Shown: one piece after another, positions 47,631-59,035 of the stretch
Layout: every line of letters starts with the position of its first letter
Numbering within the stretch: position 1 is the stretch's first letter
Assembly: GCA_963789265.1 (NCBI GenBank)
Contig: CAWBKB010000004.1
Coordinates: forward strand, 268,586-332,585
Direction of reading: 5' to 3'
From: an uncultured delta proteobacterium
GTDB taxonomy: Bacteria; Desulfobacterota; Desulfomonilia; Desulfomonilales; Desulfomonilaceae
DNA length: 64,000 nucleotides
Translations under genes and position numbers: made by a program
Notes under the pieces: model-generated
What the model was told of the DNA's origin: nothing
What the model saw: only the letters and a program-made list of their open reading frames with translations
The model's database searches: none

Positions 47631-47954
47631 GGCATCTCCTGAATTCAGCCCGGAGTTTTTTATCAATGTCAAACCGAACTCTCAAAGTAAATAGAAATTA
47701 GCAACGAATGGTCAGAACGTCAATTCATGGCAAAGTAGAGGCTCGGTGGGTTCGTCCTTTTCATGTAACTGCTCATACCAATTCACTTTCAAGAAAGCGA
47801 CTGTGGTTGGTTATCAAATGATGAATACGGCACGGATCTGACAAAGCTTCAAGCGGGACGCGGGATGGCACCCAGGACCTCATGAACGCATGTTGGGTGC
47901 CACTGAGCTGGGCACCGTCATGGTGCCAGATCGAGCGCGGTTCGCTGTTCTCTC

Positions 47955-48111
47955 GTTCCCAGGCTCTGCCTCGACCATGATAGCGAAATAAAGGCAGTTT
48001 CCGGGCAGAGCCCACGAGATATGGGTTACGAGGCAGAGCCTGGGAACCAGAAAAGCAATCTCCCTCTTCAAGGACTTGGATTGCTTCGTCGTTTTACTCC
48101 TCGCAATGACA
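47955..48111. repeat. 19 bp IR element (47955-48047) abutting the right part of an RPE-like element (48053-48111)
   Basis: GTTCCCAGGCTCTGCCTCG / CGAGGCAGAGCCTGGGAAC, then AAGCAATC..GATTGCTTCG..CTCGCAATGACA. Confidence 0.7.
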
Positions 48112-48167
48112 CGGAACCACCAATTCCTCCTCGTAACTGACACATTACCTTTTTGTGAATGCTATCA

Positions 48168-48197
48168 TTGACAAAATCGTTATTTGTCTGCTATAAT
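48168..48197 (+). promoter_or_regulatory. Consensus sigma70 promoter with extended -10
   Basis: TTGACA-18 nt-TATAAT, with TG at the extended -10 position. Confidence 0.75.
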
Positions 48198-48267
48198 ACT
48201 AATAAAATTGACGCAGTTGTAATATGTTGGGTCGTGCGATTCCGGCCCGACTTCTAGGGAGACCGCT

Positions 48268-48573
48268 ATGAAACGAGTATTTTTGGCCCTGCTTCTCGTG
48301 ACCGTGGCATCAATGCCGGCTTTTTCATTTTTGATCGTTCCTCCAGCGTTTACATTCGGTCTCGACCGTGACGCGGCATGCCTGAATCAGTGTGTCAATG
48401 CGCCGTGTTACTTCCCTCCGGTGCTCAATCCTTGCGCTGTCCCCTGCCGACCACCCGGAATCCAGATTCAAGCTGTTCCATGTGCCTTTGACACCGCCTG
48501 TCCGTCTGTTCGACTCCCTTGCTACGGCGTTTCCTACGGCGACAATCCGTACCCATTGTTCTTGTTCCGATAG
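48268..48573 (+). CDS. Secreted Cys/Pro-rich small protein
   Basis: Signal peptide, 8 Cys, GGGAG RBS, consensus promoter. Confidence 0.7.
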   Translation: MKRVFLALLLVTVASMPAFSFLIVPPAFTFGLDRDAACLNQCVNAPCYFPPVLNPCAVPCRPPGIQIQAVPCAFDTACPSVRLPCYGVSYGDNPYPLFLFR

Positions 48574-48911
48574 CCCAGCGGGAGCTTACGTCCTTCACGA
48601 AGAGGGAGGGATGAGCTGAAATAATTCGTGGCTCGCCCCCTGACTTTTTGGAGTAACCCTGCCATTCTTCACCCCGGACTCCGATCCGGAGGTAGGCCGG
48701 GCCATGCTCGATCTACCGAAGCGCGGGACGGCGGCCACGGCCCGCCCTACCAAATATATGTCCTTTGTTTGAAAGTTGATCGGTATCAATTGCTTCCCGC
48801 CGTATTCTTTTGACTTGACGGCATGCCTGTTTGTACCTTAATAAAATGGCCGGGGAGTTTAGGGCCGAAGTTGCCTGAAAGTCGGCTGCTGATTCGTTTT
48901 ACTGGGAGGTT

Positions 48912-49949
48912 ATGGAAATCATGGCAGTTTTCTGCCGGGGAAGGGTGCTATTCCTTGTGGGGAGTGTCCTTGCCTGCACTCTTTGGAGTTGGTCTTCACC
49001 CATCTCCGCCGAGGAGTCGGCGGTCAAAGGGCTACTTCTCACTCTAAATTATCCGCAGCGGGTCCAGCAACCTAAGCCTGCGGCGTACCCGGATATCGAG
49101 AAGCTACTTTCCGAACCTTTGGACCGGGTGGAGGATCGCAGCCACGGCTCTTCTGACAACGCGTTGAAATTTCCGTTTACAGAAAACCATCTTCGCAAAC
49201 AAAAAGAGACCGGATGGAAGACTTCCGGAAATTTTCTCCCCGGCACGGCCTCGTTAGGGTCCGTTTCGGAGTACCGGACCCGTCTTGCTTCCCTTGATCC
49301 TATGATCCCAGCGGCCAGAAAATTCGGACGGACCATGTTGGATTCGGGGACAAGTCTTTCGTCCACGGGCCACCCCATGGGAGCTGCAGTGTCGGTCTAT
49401 TCCGGCTTTGAGGTTCAGGTGGACAAGATGAGGTTCACCTTGAAACTCTACGGAATAAGAAATGACAACAACCGGTCTTTACTTTTCGAATGCAGGACAG
49501 GACTCGGATCGCCGGAATTCCCGACTCCTGGTGGAACTTATTACTTGGTGAGGATTTTTGACGATCATCCTCTATGGGTCCCGCCACCCGACCGAGATTG
49601 GGCTTATGGACAAATTCCAAGCCACTCTGTCTATGGCGGACGCATGATGCCTCTTTTCAAGAAATCTCCCATCAGAGACGAAGCGAAAGTCCGCGATGCG
49701 GTCACTTTGTTGGACAGCATAGCTCCCCGAATGAAGTTAGCCGATACCGGTACGTATCGCATACACGGGACCAGCTCCCCGTGGAGCATAGGTTACGGTC
49801 AATCTCACGGCTGCGTTCGCTTGCTCAACAAGTCCGCGAAACAGTTGTCGGACACGCTGGAAAAGTACGTCGGCACTACCACCAGAGGAGTGACCGACAA
49901 CGGTCCATACATAAACCTGGCCAGAATGGTAAAGGTGATCCTAAAATAA
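48912..49949 (+). CDS. L,D-transpeptidase (YkuD family)
   Basis: PTPGG, WVPP, IHGT..IG..SHGCVRL; signal peptide; GGAGGT RBS. Confidence 0.88.
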   Translation: MEIMAVFCRGRVLFLVGSVLACTLWSWSSPISAEESAVKGLLLTLNYPQRVQQPKPAAYPDIEKLLSEPLDRVEDRSHGSSDNALKFPFTENHLRKQKETGWKTSGNFLPGTASLGSVSEYRTRLASLDPMIPAARKFGRTMLDSGTSLSSTGHPMGAAVSVYSGFEVQVDKMRFTLKLYGIRNDNNRSLLFECRTGLGSPEFPTPGGTYYLVRIFDDHPLWVPPPDRDWAYGQIPSHSVYGGRMMPLFKKSPIRDEAKVRDAVTLLDSIAPRMKLADTGTYRIHGTSSPWSIGYGQSHGCVRLLNKSAKQLSDTLEKYVGTTTRGVTDNGPYINLARMVKVILK

Positions 49950-50570
49950 AATCAAAGGTTGGTCGCTAGAACGAGCTTTAAGAGATTGGCGGAAATCAGG
50001 ATTCACCGTCCGCCAGGCGGGGGGATGCGCCGCAAGCCCTAACCCGACACGGTGGGAGAGATGGGCTCAGGCTTTCGTTTGTGACCAAAAGCTTGTTCGC
50101 TGCCGCCCCTGTCTCTTCGGGCACTTTGGCACTCATCCAGAGCTGTAGCGGCCTCCTGCCGGCAGCAAGGGGTGTTGCTTTGTACTGAATGTGCATTTGT
50201 TCGAACGTGCCCGATGCTTTTGCTAATGTCATGAGTGCGATAGAACTATTGGAACTTGAAAAAGCCTGATGTTGTCAGTTGAATGGAGGAGCGGCTCACT
50301 GGACCTTTGACTTGAGAAACGATTTGAGAGAGGGATTTTGACAATCACAAACCAGCTCGGCGGTAATTGTTCGACATCCTGCGGTCGGACGCATTCGGAT
50401 ATGCGTCAAGTGCGCTATTGCCATAGTCGCGGAACCGGCAACGAATCTTACGCCTTTTCCGGCGCAACGGACGAAGCCATGAGGAGGCTGGGAAGGTATT
50501 CTTCCGGGGTTAGTTTTAAGTGCTCGGAGCTTTTTTTTCTGCGAATTGAAAGGGGGGGCCGGCACAGTAG

Positions 50571-51677
50571 ATGAACTCTTCGCGCGAATCGTCACCTTCC
50601 CGAAGCCCCGCTCCTTCAGCACTTCCCGCGTCGCTTGATTCCTCATGTCCTCTTGAAAAGAGCCGAGTCACGTACTTGGTACTTACCATTGATGTATGCT
50701 GGACCTGCGGAGATGATTTTCAAGGGAGGTGGAAAGGTAAGAACTACGGCGTCCCTCTGATAGTGGAAAAACTCGAACAGTACGGTCTGAAGGGAACATT
50801 CTTTGTCAGCACGTTTTGTCCGCCTCGTTTTGCGGACAAGATGTTTTCCAATCTTGGTTTTCTGGTGTCGCGAGGCCATGATCTCCAAATCCATCCCCAT
50901 CCCGATGCAATGGACCCCAACCGTCTTCTCTTGCCCATGTATTCCATGCAGGACAGAAAGAAAATTCTTCATACATCCATTGAGAATATCAAAAGAGCAG
51001 GTGCTGCTGCGCCGATTGCGCACAGAGCAGGGGCATACGCAATAGACCGGGAGACGCTCAATCTATTGTCCGAGTTCGGTATTTGTATGGATTCCTCGAT
51101 ATTCCCGGTGGATAGCCGTAGTCAAGTCCCTTTGCCTGAAGACCTGTCAAATAGGTTTGTGCAGATAGGAGGCATATATCAGCTTCCAATGACCCTGATC
51201 AAGAGGTTCCCATTCATAGGATACGCGGGTATGACGGCTTTTGATCTGGACAGAACCATTTGGGAGGAGCAAAGAAAGGCATTGGAGCTAATCGCCGACC
51301 ACGGCCTTCCATTGGTGACCTTCTCAATGCATTTTCATTCTCTGTGCCATTGTGAAGATTCGCCCGTTCCGTACGAACCCCTCGAAGTCACCGGACCCAA
51401 CGAGGAGAACATAAAAAAATTGGATAATTTTCTGAAACTTGTAACCAGCGACGAACGTTTCAAAGTGATTACTGCAAGGGAACTCTGGCAACTATTTCAA
51501 GATCGGCCCCAGGAGTTGCAAGGCCCTTCCTTCATCCCGTACACGGGTATCCGATTGACCTATTTGAAGGCATGGAGGGATTTTTGGGGGCACGGTGTGA
51601 GCAACAAAATCGTCGTTCTTGCCCCCATAGTGCTGATAGTCGCAGTATTGGCCGGAATTGTATATTTCTTTTTTTGA
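50571..51677 (+). CDS. Polysaccharide deacetylase-like protein with C-terminal membrane anchor
   Basis: LTIDV, GTFFV, HDLQIHPH, HRAG; hydrophobic C-terminus. Confidence 0.75.
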   Translation: MNSSRESSPSRSPAPSALPASLDSSCPLEKSRVTYLVLTIDVCWTCGDDFQGRWKGKNYGVPLIVEKLEQYGLKGTFFVSTFCPPRFADKMFSNLGFLVSRGHDLQIHPHPDAMDPNRLLLPMYSMQDRKKILHTSIENIKRAGAAAPIAHRAGAYAIDRETLNLLSEFGICMDSSIFPVDSRSQVPLPEDLSNRFVQIGGIYQLPMTLIKRFPFIGYAGMTAFDLDRTIWEEQRKALELIADHGLPLVTFSMHFHSLCHCEDSPVPYEPLEVTGPNEENIKKLDNFLKLVTSDERFKVITARELWQLFQDRPQELQGPSFIPYTGIRLTYLKAWRDFWGHGVSNKIVVLAPIVLIVAVLAGIVYFFF

Positions 51678-51710
51678 ATGAGACGCGGACCGCGTCGGTA
51701 AGTCTGAAGA

Positions 51711-53115
51711 ATGTATAAACAATACCATCGATATAAACTTCTGCTCATGTTCTGCGACGTCTTCCTCACTATCACGTTACTCGCGGTCATGGTGAAGGTG
51801 AGGCCGTTTCTTCCCGGAAAGGCTATGGGTCCGTCAGACGCGATACTACCCGGCACACTGATTTACATCCTGGTGGGTTTTCTATGGCATGTGCTCTTTG
51901 CGGTAACCCGAGTCTACGAACTGGAGACAATACCTCGTTTCAGCTTGCAGATCGGCCGTTTCACATCTTCGTTTCTCCTGGCAGTGTTGATGTTGACCGG
52001 ATTTCTCTATTTCACATTTAGAGAAGTATCACGAATGCTCGTAATTTACTTTTGTGTCGCCGATTACACCATGCTAGTGGTGAGTCGCTATGCCCTAATC
52101 TCCTATCTCAAGCACAAGGTCAACGGTACACGCGACATTCCTGTGCTTATTGCCGGCACTTCCGAGAGCGGCATACATCTTGGCAAAATGCTCAGGCGGA
52201 ACAATGCCTCGGGCTTGAGGGTTGAAGGATTCGCTGATAGCCGGGCCCCGTCACACCTTGACTTGCCCGCGCCGGTAATTGGCACCCTGGAAGACGTGCC
52301 TCGAATAGTGCGCGAACGGGAAATAGGTATACTGTTTGTTGCTCTTCAGGAAATCAGGGGAGTTGAGGCAGAACTCTTGATCCATCGAGTCGAAAGCCTC
52401 CCCGTGCGCGTGTACGTCGTGCCGGATGTACCCAGGGCCGGGCTGCTCAACCCCGAAGTGGAGACATTGGGCGAATTGGTTCTGATTGGAATCCGGGAGC
52501 CGTTGATTCGCGGCCACAGGAGGGTCGCCAAGCGGGTTTTTGACGTGGTAGTGAGCACACTGGGTCTCTTATTCCTTTGGCCCACGTTTATAATAATCTG
52601 GGTGGTTGTTAAGCTGGATTCTCCAGGCCCCGGGTTTTTTGTGGCCCAAAGAGTGGGAGAGAATGGGAAGCTCTTTAATATGCTAAAGTTTCGTACGATG
52701 TATGTGGATCAAGAGAATGTTGGAAACCCGGTGCCTTCAAAAGAAGATGTCTGCACTACGGTCCCGAAAGTGAAGGACGATCCGCGGGTGACTCGAGTGG
52801 GCAAGTTTCTACGCAGAACTTCGCTTGACGAAATCCCGCAGATCGTTAACGTTTTCAAGGGCGAGATGTCGTTAGTGGGGCCCCGGCCCGAGCAACCTTT
52901 TCTCACTCAATGTTATGACCACTGGCAGTGGCAACGGCTTTCAGTGCCCCCAGGCGTTACGGGATGGTGGCAAATATCCGGCCGAAGCGATCTGCCCATG
53001 CACTTGAACACTCAGTACCGATATGTACTACGTGAGGAATTTTTCCTTGCTACTTGACCTGAAAATCCTATTCAAAACCTTATGGACAGTGGTGAAAGGG
53101 AAAGGGGCCTATTGA
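51711..53115 (+). CDS. Priming sugar transferase (WcaJ/WbaP-like), frameshifted near 53017
   Basis: [28 protein letters not shown]; the tail [21 protein letters not shown] is in another frame. Confidence 0.88.
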
Positions 53116-53158
53116 GACGCCGTGCGGCGGGCTGAAAGACCTTGGGGAGAAATAGCGT

Positions 53159-54659
53159 ATGCAAGACACGGCTTCGTCTGTTAGGAATACCACAACCATG
53201 GTTGCGACGTCTATTGTCGCGATTATTATGGGATATCTCTACGTGCAGGCGTTCGCTGTGGGCTGGCGCGCGATCTTTATGGTCCATGCTCTAGTTCTTT
53301 TCTTCCTGGGCTGTGCCCTATTCATAAGGGATTTACGGTCATTCCTGCTATTTGTTATGATATTCGCCATTCCCCTCCAGTACGGCTACCACGTCACTTA
53401 TCAGCCATTGCCGGGGATAGAAACTTCACCATTTTCTTCCGGGCTTCGGATCGACATCGTCGATGTGATGTTGCTCCTCCTATACATGCACTGGGGCTTT
53501 TTGTTAGCCCAGCAAACATTGGGACACGCACGCATAACATTGGGTGGCCCGGTTGGTAAGTTACTCCTTATATGGACGGGCTACGTGTTGGTGGCTGGGA
53601 TTTTAAAATCAGAGCATTTCAATTACACACTATATGAGGTAGTGGAACTCTTCAAAGGCTTCCTCCTCTTTTTCTATTTGGCGAATAACCTCTCCTCCGA
53701 GAGAGACCTTCGCGTTGTCATATTTGCCCTCTTTGCCAACACTATTGCTCACGGGCTTTTCATAATTTTTCAGTACGTCACAAGATTGAACTACAACGTG
53801 CATGGCGAAATCTCGACTCACTATGTTACGCTAGAGGGCTTTCGGCCGGCGGGTTTTTCCGGAAGTTGGGACGAGTCTGCCGCAATTATGGCACTTGTCC
53901 TACCAGTGCTGCTCCTCTACTATCTTGTCATTAGAGACGGGATCCGGCACCGGGCGGCTCTAATGAGCGTCGTCATCGTGCTGGTGGCGATCGTACTCAC
54001 CAAAGTAAGAGGAGCGTACTTTGCGGTCTTTGTTTCGGCCGTGACTGTGGTGGCTGTGAGCTATTGGCGAGGTTGGATAACTGCCACCAAAACGTTCTGG
54101 GTGGCGCTTGCGGCCGCCGCAGGTACTGATTTTGGGCGGCCCATTTATTGTGCATAGATTCGTGACCGGTACGTGGGGACAAGACCGAATACCGCTCATG
54201 CTAACTGCTATCAATATGTTCAAGGCAAACTGGCTGTTCGGGGTTGGCGCTAACAATTATTTCTTTCACATTCAGCAATACTTGCCGGTCAGGTTGTCAG
54301 GAACTTGGCAGTATGCAGTGCACAATGAGTATCTGCAATGGGCCGCCGAGACCGGTTTACTCGGTTTGCTGCTGTACTATACGTTGGTGTTGGTTATGAT
54401 GCGCAAATTGTGGAAGCTGACGGTCTCGCCCGATCCCTGGATTTTTATGGCTTCTCTCGGGTTATTCGCGGCTGTGTTGGGATCGCTCCCGTACAGGATG
54501 ACTTCCCCCTACTTCTTTCAACCACTCTACACGGAATTTTGCGCAATTTTGGCCGTGACTTACCTTTTGGGAGTTCTTGAAGAAAGACGACTCGCCGGAG
54601 CATCTACAGCCGCTCCATTAACCGGCGGAAGCCGCATGAAGCGTATACATGCCCCCTGA
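53159..54659 (+). CDS. O-antigen ligase/Wzy-like polymerase, frameshifted near 54115-54125
   Basis: Multi-TM protein with TKVRGA; the second part has GVGANNY..VHNEYLQWAAETG. Confidence 0.8.
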
Positions 54660-54670
54660 CGAGGTTTAGT

Positions 54671-56368
54671 TTGGGATTAGTCTTTGCCCCTTGGACTTCC
54701 AATACTTATCGAAAATTGCTGACTCTCTTTTCAGTAGCAGTCCTTTCAGCCGTGCTTTTCCCGGCTCGGACAAACGCCCGAATCTATCACGTGAACTCCC
54801 TGCGGGGAAACGACAGTGCCCCGGGAACAGACGCCGAACCTTTCAAATCCATTGCTCGAGCATCCAAGACGGCGGAACCGGGCGACACGGTCCTGATAGG
54901 CGCTGGGATCTACCATGAACAAATCGTTGGTGGAAAATCAGGAGTAGAAGGCGCGCCCATAACTTACGAGGGGACGGACAAGTCTAAGGTGATCCTTCAG
55001 GGGAGCGTATTGGTGAAGGAGTGGCAACGCCGGGGAAATGCCTGGGTGTATCGCGGCCTCAAACCAATTACGCCGGAGAATGCCTTTGTTATGGTGGATC
55101 AGAAACGTATGCTCAGACGAGTCGACTCGATTACCGGTATGCCCGAGGGCAGTTTTCATCTTGGAGCGGACGGAACTTATGCCATCAGATTGTTGGACGA
55201 TGCCGACCCAAATCGCGACCACGTTGTGGAAGTCTACGAGTTGGATTTTGCCTTTAATTCCGGAAATCGTTGGCGAGGGACGGCCAAAAAATGGATAGTC
55301 CTTCGGAATATGATCCTGGAAAAGTACGGCGGTCATGGGATTTCCACCGATTCAAAACATCCTGCCGACAACTCCAATTGGGAATTAGATAACCTTATCG
55401 TCAGATATAACAAGGGCGAAGGCGTGTTCCACTGCCTTGATGAGTGGCATGTTCACAATTGTACCTTTATGCGGAACGGAGTTCATGGATGTCAGCTTGA
55501 CGGCGCCCGAATCCAATTTATCAAAAACCTGAGCATGGAAAATGAGTGGTTTGGTCCTTCCGGTAATGGAGGTTGCGGGATCTTGATCGGCCCGGACGAG
55601 TCGGCGCATTCGTGCGAGGTCGGAGACAATGTATTTCGTGACAATGGAGCCCCGGACGGCTACGGTTGCGGGATCTACCTAGAAGGACGTTCTCATGACA
55701 ATGTCATAGAAGACAATCTGATCATCGGTGGAACCTCTTCGGGCATGGGATTTTTCGGCTCGTCCTACAATAAAGTGATCAACAATGTGCTTGTGAACGT
55801 GGCACCCACAACCGATTCGGATCAGGCCGCGGCATTTGTTGTCAACCACAGCTTTGAAGGCGCCCCAACTCAATCTGTCGCCAATCTTGTAGCTCAGAAT
55901 ACTGTATGCGGGTGTCCCGCTCCCGTGGCCGTCATGCCCCCCAAGATTCTCGTAAAATCAACCGAGCTGAACAGATTCGTCAGTAATCTTTTCGCTGGTT
56001 GCCGGTACTTTTCTCGAGTTCCTAAATCGCCGCCGATTGCGCTCGAAGCCAACGGCTTCTTTTCTTGTCCCGAGAAATCAGATGAGAATAAAGGGAGTTT
56101 GATGAGGTGGCTGAGAGCGCTTGCCGGAAAAGCGAGCATTGAACGGTCCGGAAATGTGGTTGGGGATGATGCCGGTTTTCGAAACCCGGCCGCAGGGGAT
56201 TTTCATTTGAGACACGGATCGCCGGCAATCGGGGCGGGCGTTCCGCTGAGCGAGGTCCTGACGGACAAAGACCACAATCCTCGACCGCCGGGCCGACGCC
56301 CCACGCTTGGTGCTTATGAATACCTTCCGGCTGTAGATCGAGCCCCGGAGCCTGGTGGATCCCCGTAA
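54671..56368 (+). CDS. Secreted right-handed beta-helix (pectate-lyase-like) protein
   Basis: GNDSAPGT..PFKSI..PGDTV..G.Y, Asn/Gly-rich repeats, DFHL..GSPAI..G and GAYE. Confidence 0.8.
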   Translation: MGLVFAPWTSNTYRKLLTLFSVAVLSAVLFPARTNARIYHVNSLRGNDSAPGTDAEPFKSIARASKTAEPGDTVLIGAGIYHEQIVGGKSGVEGAPITYEGTDKSKVILQGSVLVKEWQRRGNAWVYRGLKPITPENAFVMVDQKRMLRRVDSITGMPEGSFHLGADGTYAIRLLDDADPNRDHVVEVYELDFAFNSGNRWRGTAKKWIVLRNMILEKYGGHGISTDSKHPADNSNWELDNLIVRYNKGEGVFHCLDEWHVHNCTFMRNGVHGCQLDGARIQFIKNLSMENEWFGPSGNGGCGILIGPDESAHSCEVGDNVFRDNGAPDGYGCGIYLEGRSHDNVIEDNLIIGGTSSGMGFFGSSYNKVINNVLVNVAPTTDSDQAAAFVVNHSFEGAPTQSVANLVAQNTVCGCPAPVAVMPPKILVKSTELNRFVSNLFAGCRYFSRVPKSPPIALEANGFFSCPEKSDENKGSLMRWLRALAGKASIERSGNVVGDDAGFRNPAAGDFHLRHGSPAIGAGVPLSEVLTDKDHNPRPPGRRPTLGAYEYLPAVDRAPEPGGSP

Positions 56369-56736
56369 GTTTGCCTTTTTATTCAGCGGTTTAAATAAGT
56401 TTGTGTAACCATTATCTTTTTTATTGCATTCCTGTTGAAATTTGTGCTGTTTTGTGCTAACAATCACAATATATTAACATGGGGACGAATCATAGGCATT
56501 CTACTCGGATACCCTGGGAGGATTCTTGGGGGTTAGGATGCGCCACAACGATCTGCAGCAGTGAGAATTGAAGACACGAGCCCCCTATATCCGGCCGAGT
56601 TTCGAGCGTAGCGGCTCGGTACCGCGTTAGTGTCGGGAATGGCTGTGAAGTATTGCTGGAAACGGAATTGTATGCGTTGCATTTTGCGGAGTCCAAATGC
56701 TGATCGCGGTCAGCACGTGTTAGGGAGCACGGAACA

Positions 56737-58248
56737 ATGAGAGAAAAACAAGGCTTATCCTTGAGAGACGCTCTCAGCGTGTTTTTTCGCCGCATCTATC
56801 TTTTCGTGATAATGATAATCTTTTTGCCCCTGGCAGCGCTCATCGCCTGTCTGGTTGTCGGACCTATCTACGAATCCACGGCAAAGATCATTGTTACCGC
56901 CAAGAGAGAAACATCCAGCCTGCTCCAATATCCGAAGGAGATGGCGGCTCAAATGTCGTTCAACCTAAATGTGGACGAGACGGATATGAACAGCGAGATA
57001 GAGTTGCTTCGAAGCTCGGATCTGTGGATAGAAACAGTAAAGAAGCTGGGAGTGGATGCATTTAAGCCCCAAAAAGCCGGAATAGTAGAGGGATGGTTCA
57101 AACAGATCGACGAAATGTTGCGCCAACCGTTCGGGGGCAACAAGCCGATAGCAGGAGTGCCGAAAGGCAAGGCCGCGGAGGTCCAGAAACTAGCCGGTGA
57201 CATCTCAAAGAATCTTAAGATCACCGCGGCCCTCAAATCCAAGGTGCTTGACCTTTCGTTCAAGTACCCGGACCCGGTCATGGCGCAAAAGATACTCGCT
57301 ACGCTCCTGGACCTGTACATTCCCTACCACATGAAGGTGTATGCTCTCCCCGGCGCGGAGAAATTCTTTTCCGGACAGGGTGACCTGTACAGGCAAAAAT
57401 ATGACAAGGCGGACCGAGAGCTTGCCGAATTCAAGAAGAAATGGGGGTTGTCCCTTGTCGAGCGGCAGAAGACGGAGCTGATTACTTTCATCCAACAGCT
57501 TCAGGATGCCCTGGTTCACGCGAACGCTGACCTGAGCCAGTATCGGATAATGTTGACATCCGTGAAGAAGGGCTTCCTGCCTTCCGGCCAACTTACGCCC
57601 AGTGGACACTCGAGCGGTGAGAACACATTTATAAACATTGTTTCTTCGCAGCTTCTGCGCGCGGTGCAAAAGCAGTGGCAGACGGCTGAAGTTTACCAGA
57701 CAGGGAGTCGAGACTATAGGGATTCGGCGCAGATGGTAAGGGATCTGACCGGGAGATTCGAGGAAGCATTGCAGGGAGAGATAGACGCGGCCGAGGCCCG
57801 AAAAGCCAGCCTTCAGCAGAGCCTGAAACAGAAAGAGGAGAAATTGCAGCTACTCGAGGAAAAGAGTGAGGAAGCCCGCAGAATGCAACTCGATGCGTCG
57901 ATTGCTAAAGAGAGATACGTCAGGTACGTTGCAAAAGAGGAAGAGGCCCGGCTGGAGAATCTCAAGGGCAGGTCCCAACTTAGAGACATAAGCGTCGTGG
58001 GGACACCTTTAATCCCTATTCACCCCGTCTTCCCCCAAAAAGTGCTCTTTGTTATCGGAGCCTTTTTGTTGGCGATTCCAGTGGGTATCGGCGCAATATT
58101 GACTGCTCACTTCCTGGATCATACGTTTGACAACCCCGGAACGCTGGAGGCTCACACGGGCTATCCGGTCTTGGCCTCCATCGGAAAGATCCAGACAGGC
58201 AAAACAGCCGTCACGCAAGCGGACCGGGGTCTGGAGCCTGTAGGTTGA
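56737..58248 (+). CDS. Polysaccharide co-polymerase (GumC/Wzc N-terminal type)
   Basis: Two TM segments around coiled coils; SEIELLRS, P..PVFP, LDHTF..PVLASI; no kinase domain. Confidence 0.85.
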   Translation: MREKQGLSLRDALSVFFRRIYLFVIMIIFLPLAALIACLVVGPIYESTAKIIVTAKRETSSLLQYPKEMAAQMSFNLNVDETDMNSEIELLRSSDLWIETVKKLGVDAFKPQKAGIVEGWFKQIDEMLRQPFGGNKPIAGVPKGKAAEVQKLAGDISKNLKITAALKSKVLDLSFKYPDPVMAQKILATLLDLYIPYHMKVYALPGAEKFFSGQGDLYRQKYDKADRELAEFKKKWGLSLVERQKTELITFIQQLQDALVHANADLSQYRIMLTSVKKGFLPSGQLTPSGHSSGENTFINIVSSQLLRAVQKQWQTAEVYQTGSRDYRDSAQMVRDLTGRFEEALQGEIDAAEARKASLQQSLKQKEEKLQLLEEKSEEARRMQLDASIAKERYVRYVAKEEEARLENLKGRSQLRDISVVGTPLIPIHPVFPQKVLFVIGAFLLAIPVGIGAILTAHFLDHTFDNPGTLEAHTGYPVLASIGKIQTGKTAVTQADRGLEPVG

Positions 58249-58343
58249 TACCGCTTCTCGATCAAAGAGTGAGAATCGGTTGGCAACAAAGTCGGAACCG
58301 TGCAGAATTTAGCGAATGTTTCATTTCTTGACCGCGAACTGAT

Positions 58344-58731
58344 ATGACTCCCCGCAACGGTCCCATTGCGCCACAAATTCCAAAAGGTCCCGCGTGCGCG
58401 GGATCACGAAACAGCTTCCCGTTAAGGGCTACCTTTTGCGTTGCAGCTCTCGCCTGCCTCCTGGTATTTATTTCCGCCGGACCACTACATGGCCGGGATT
58501 ATGAAGTTGGTGCCATTGTGGACATGACCGAGGGTAACATCTATGTTAAAGGGAGTCGCGGCACGCATGTCACTCGAGACATTCGAACCCTGTCTGTGGT
58601 GCGAAGTGGGGCTGGAAGTGCTTGTGCGCTTTGAGGGATTCACTCGGGCAACGATCGCGCCGTATTCCAAATCGGTCTTTGGCGGACCGGTCCGGGTATT
58701 CGTAATCAAGGACGGCAGAGACGAAGATTGA
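58344..58731 (+). CDS. Small exported hypothetical protein, frameshifted near 58570
   Basis: Signal-like segment and ..GSRGTHV continue into LETFEPCLWCEVG.. in ORF 58543-58731. Confidence 0.5.
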
Positions 58732-59035
58732 GAACGGTTAGAGCGGTTCTCGAAAGAATTGTCGTCATATACAATGCGTCTTGGTGCCCGGTTTAGATTG
58801 GCGGGACAGTCCCGAGAGCCTCGGGACAGCTTGTCAATTGGGGATGACGGGCAACCCCGTGTTCCACGCGGGGCGTCGCCACTGGGAAAGATGCCCATCC
58901 AACGGATCAAATTACACTCCTTACTATTCAGCTTGTGGCGCAGACTTTCCAGTCGGCGGTTTCTTGTCGTAGATTTGGCGGACAGGAAAGTCCGCCCCAC
59001 GGCAATCTGAGCCATTTGTGAAAAGGACTACTTAG

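Noticed and set aside
51640..51700. TM segment then TGA then MRRGPRR as readthrough or a PEP-CTERM-like sorting signal
   Set aside because: No PEP motif and no evident SECIS; the stop follows a T homopolymer, so sequence error is equally likely.
56640..56657. TGGC...TTGC as a sigma54 promoter before the co-polymerase
   Set aside because: The GG-to-GC spacing is 12 nt rather than the required 10.
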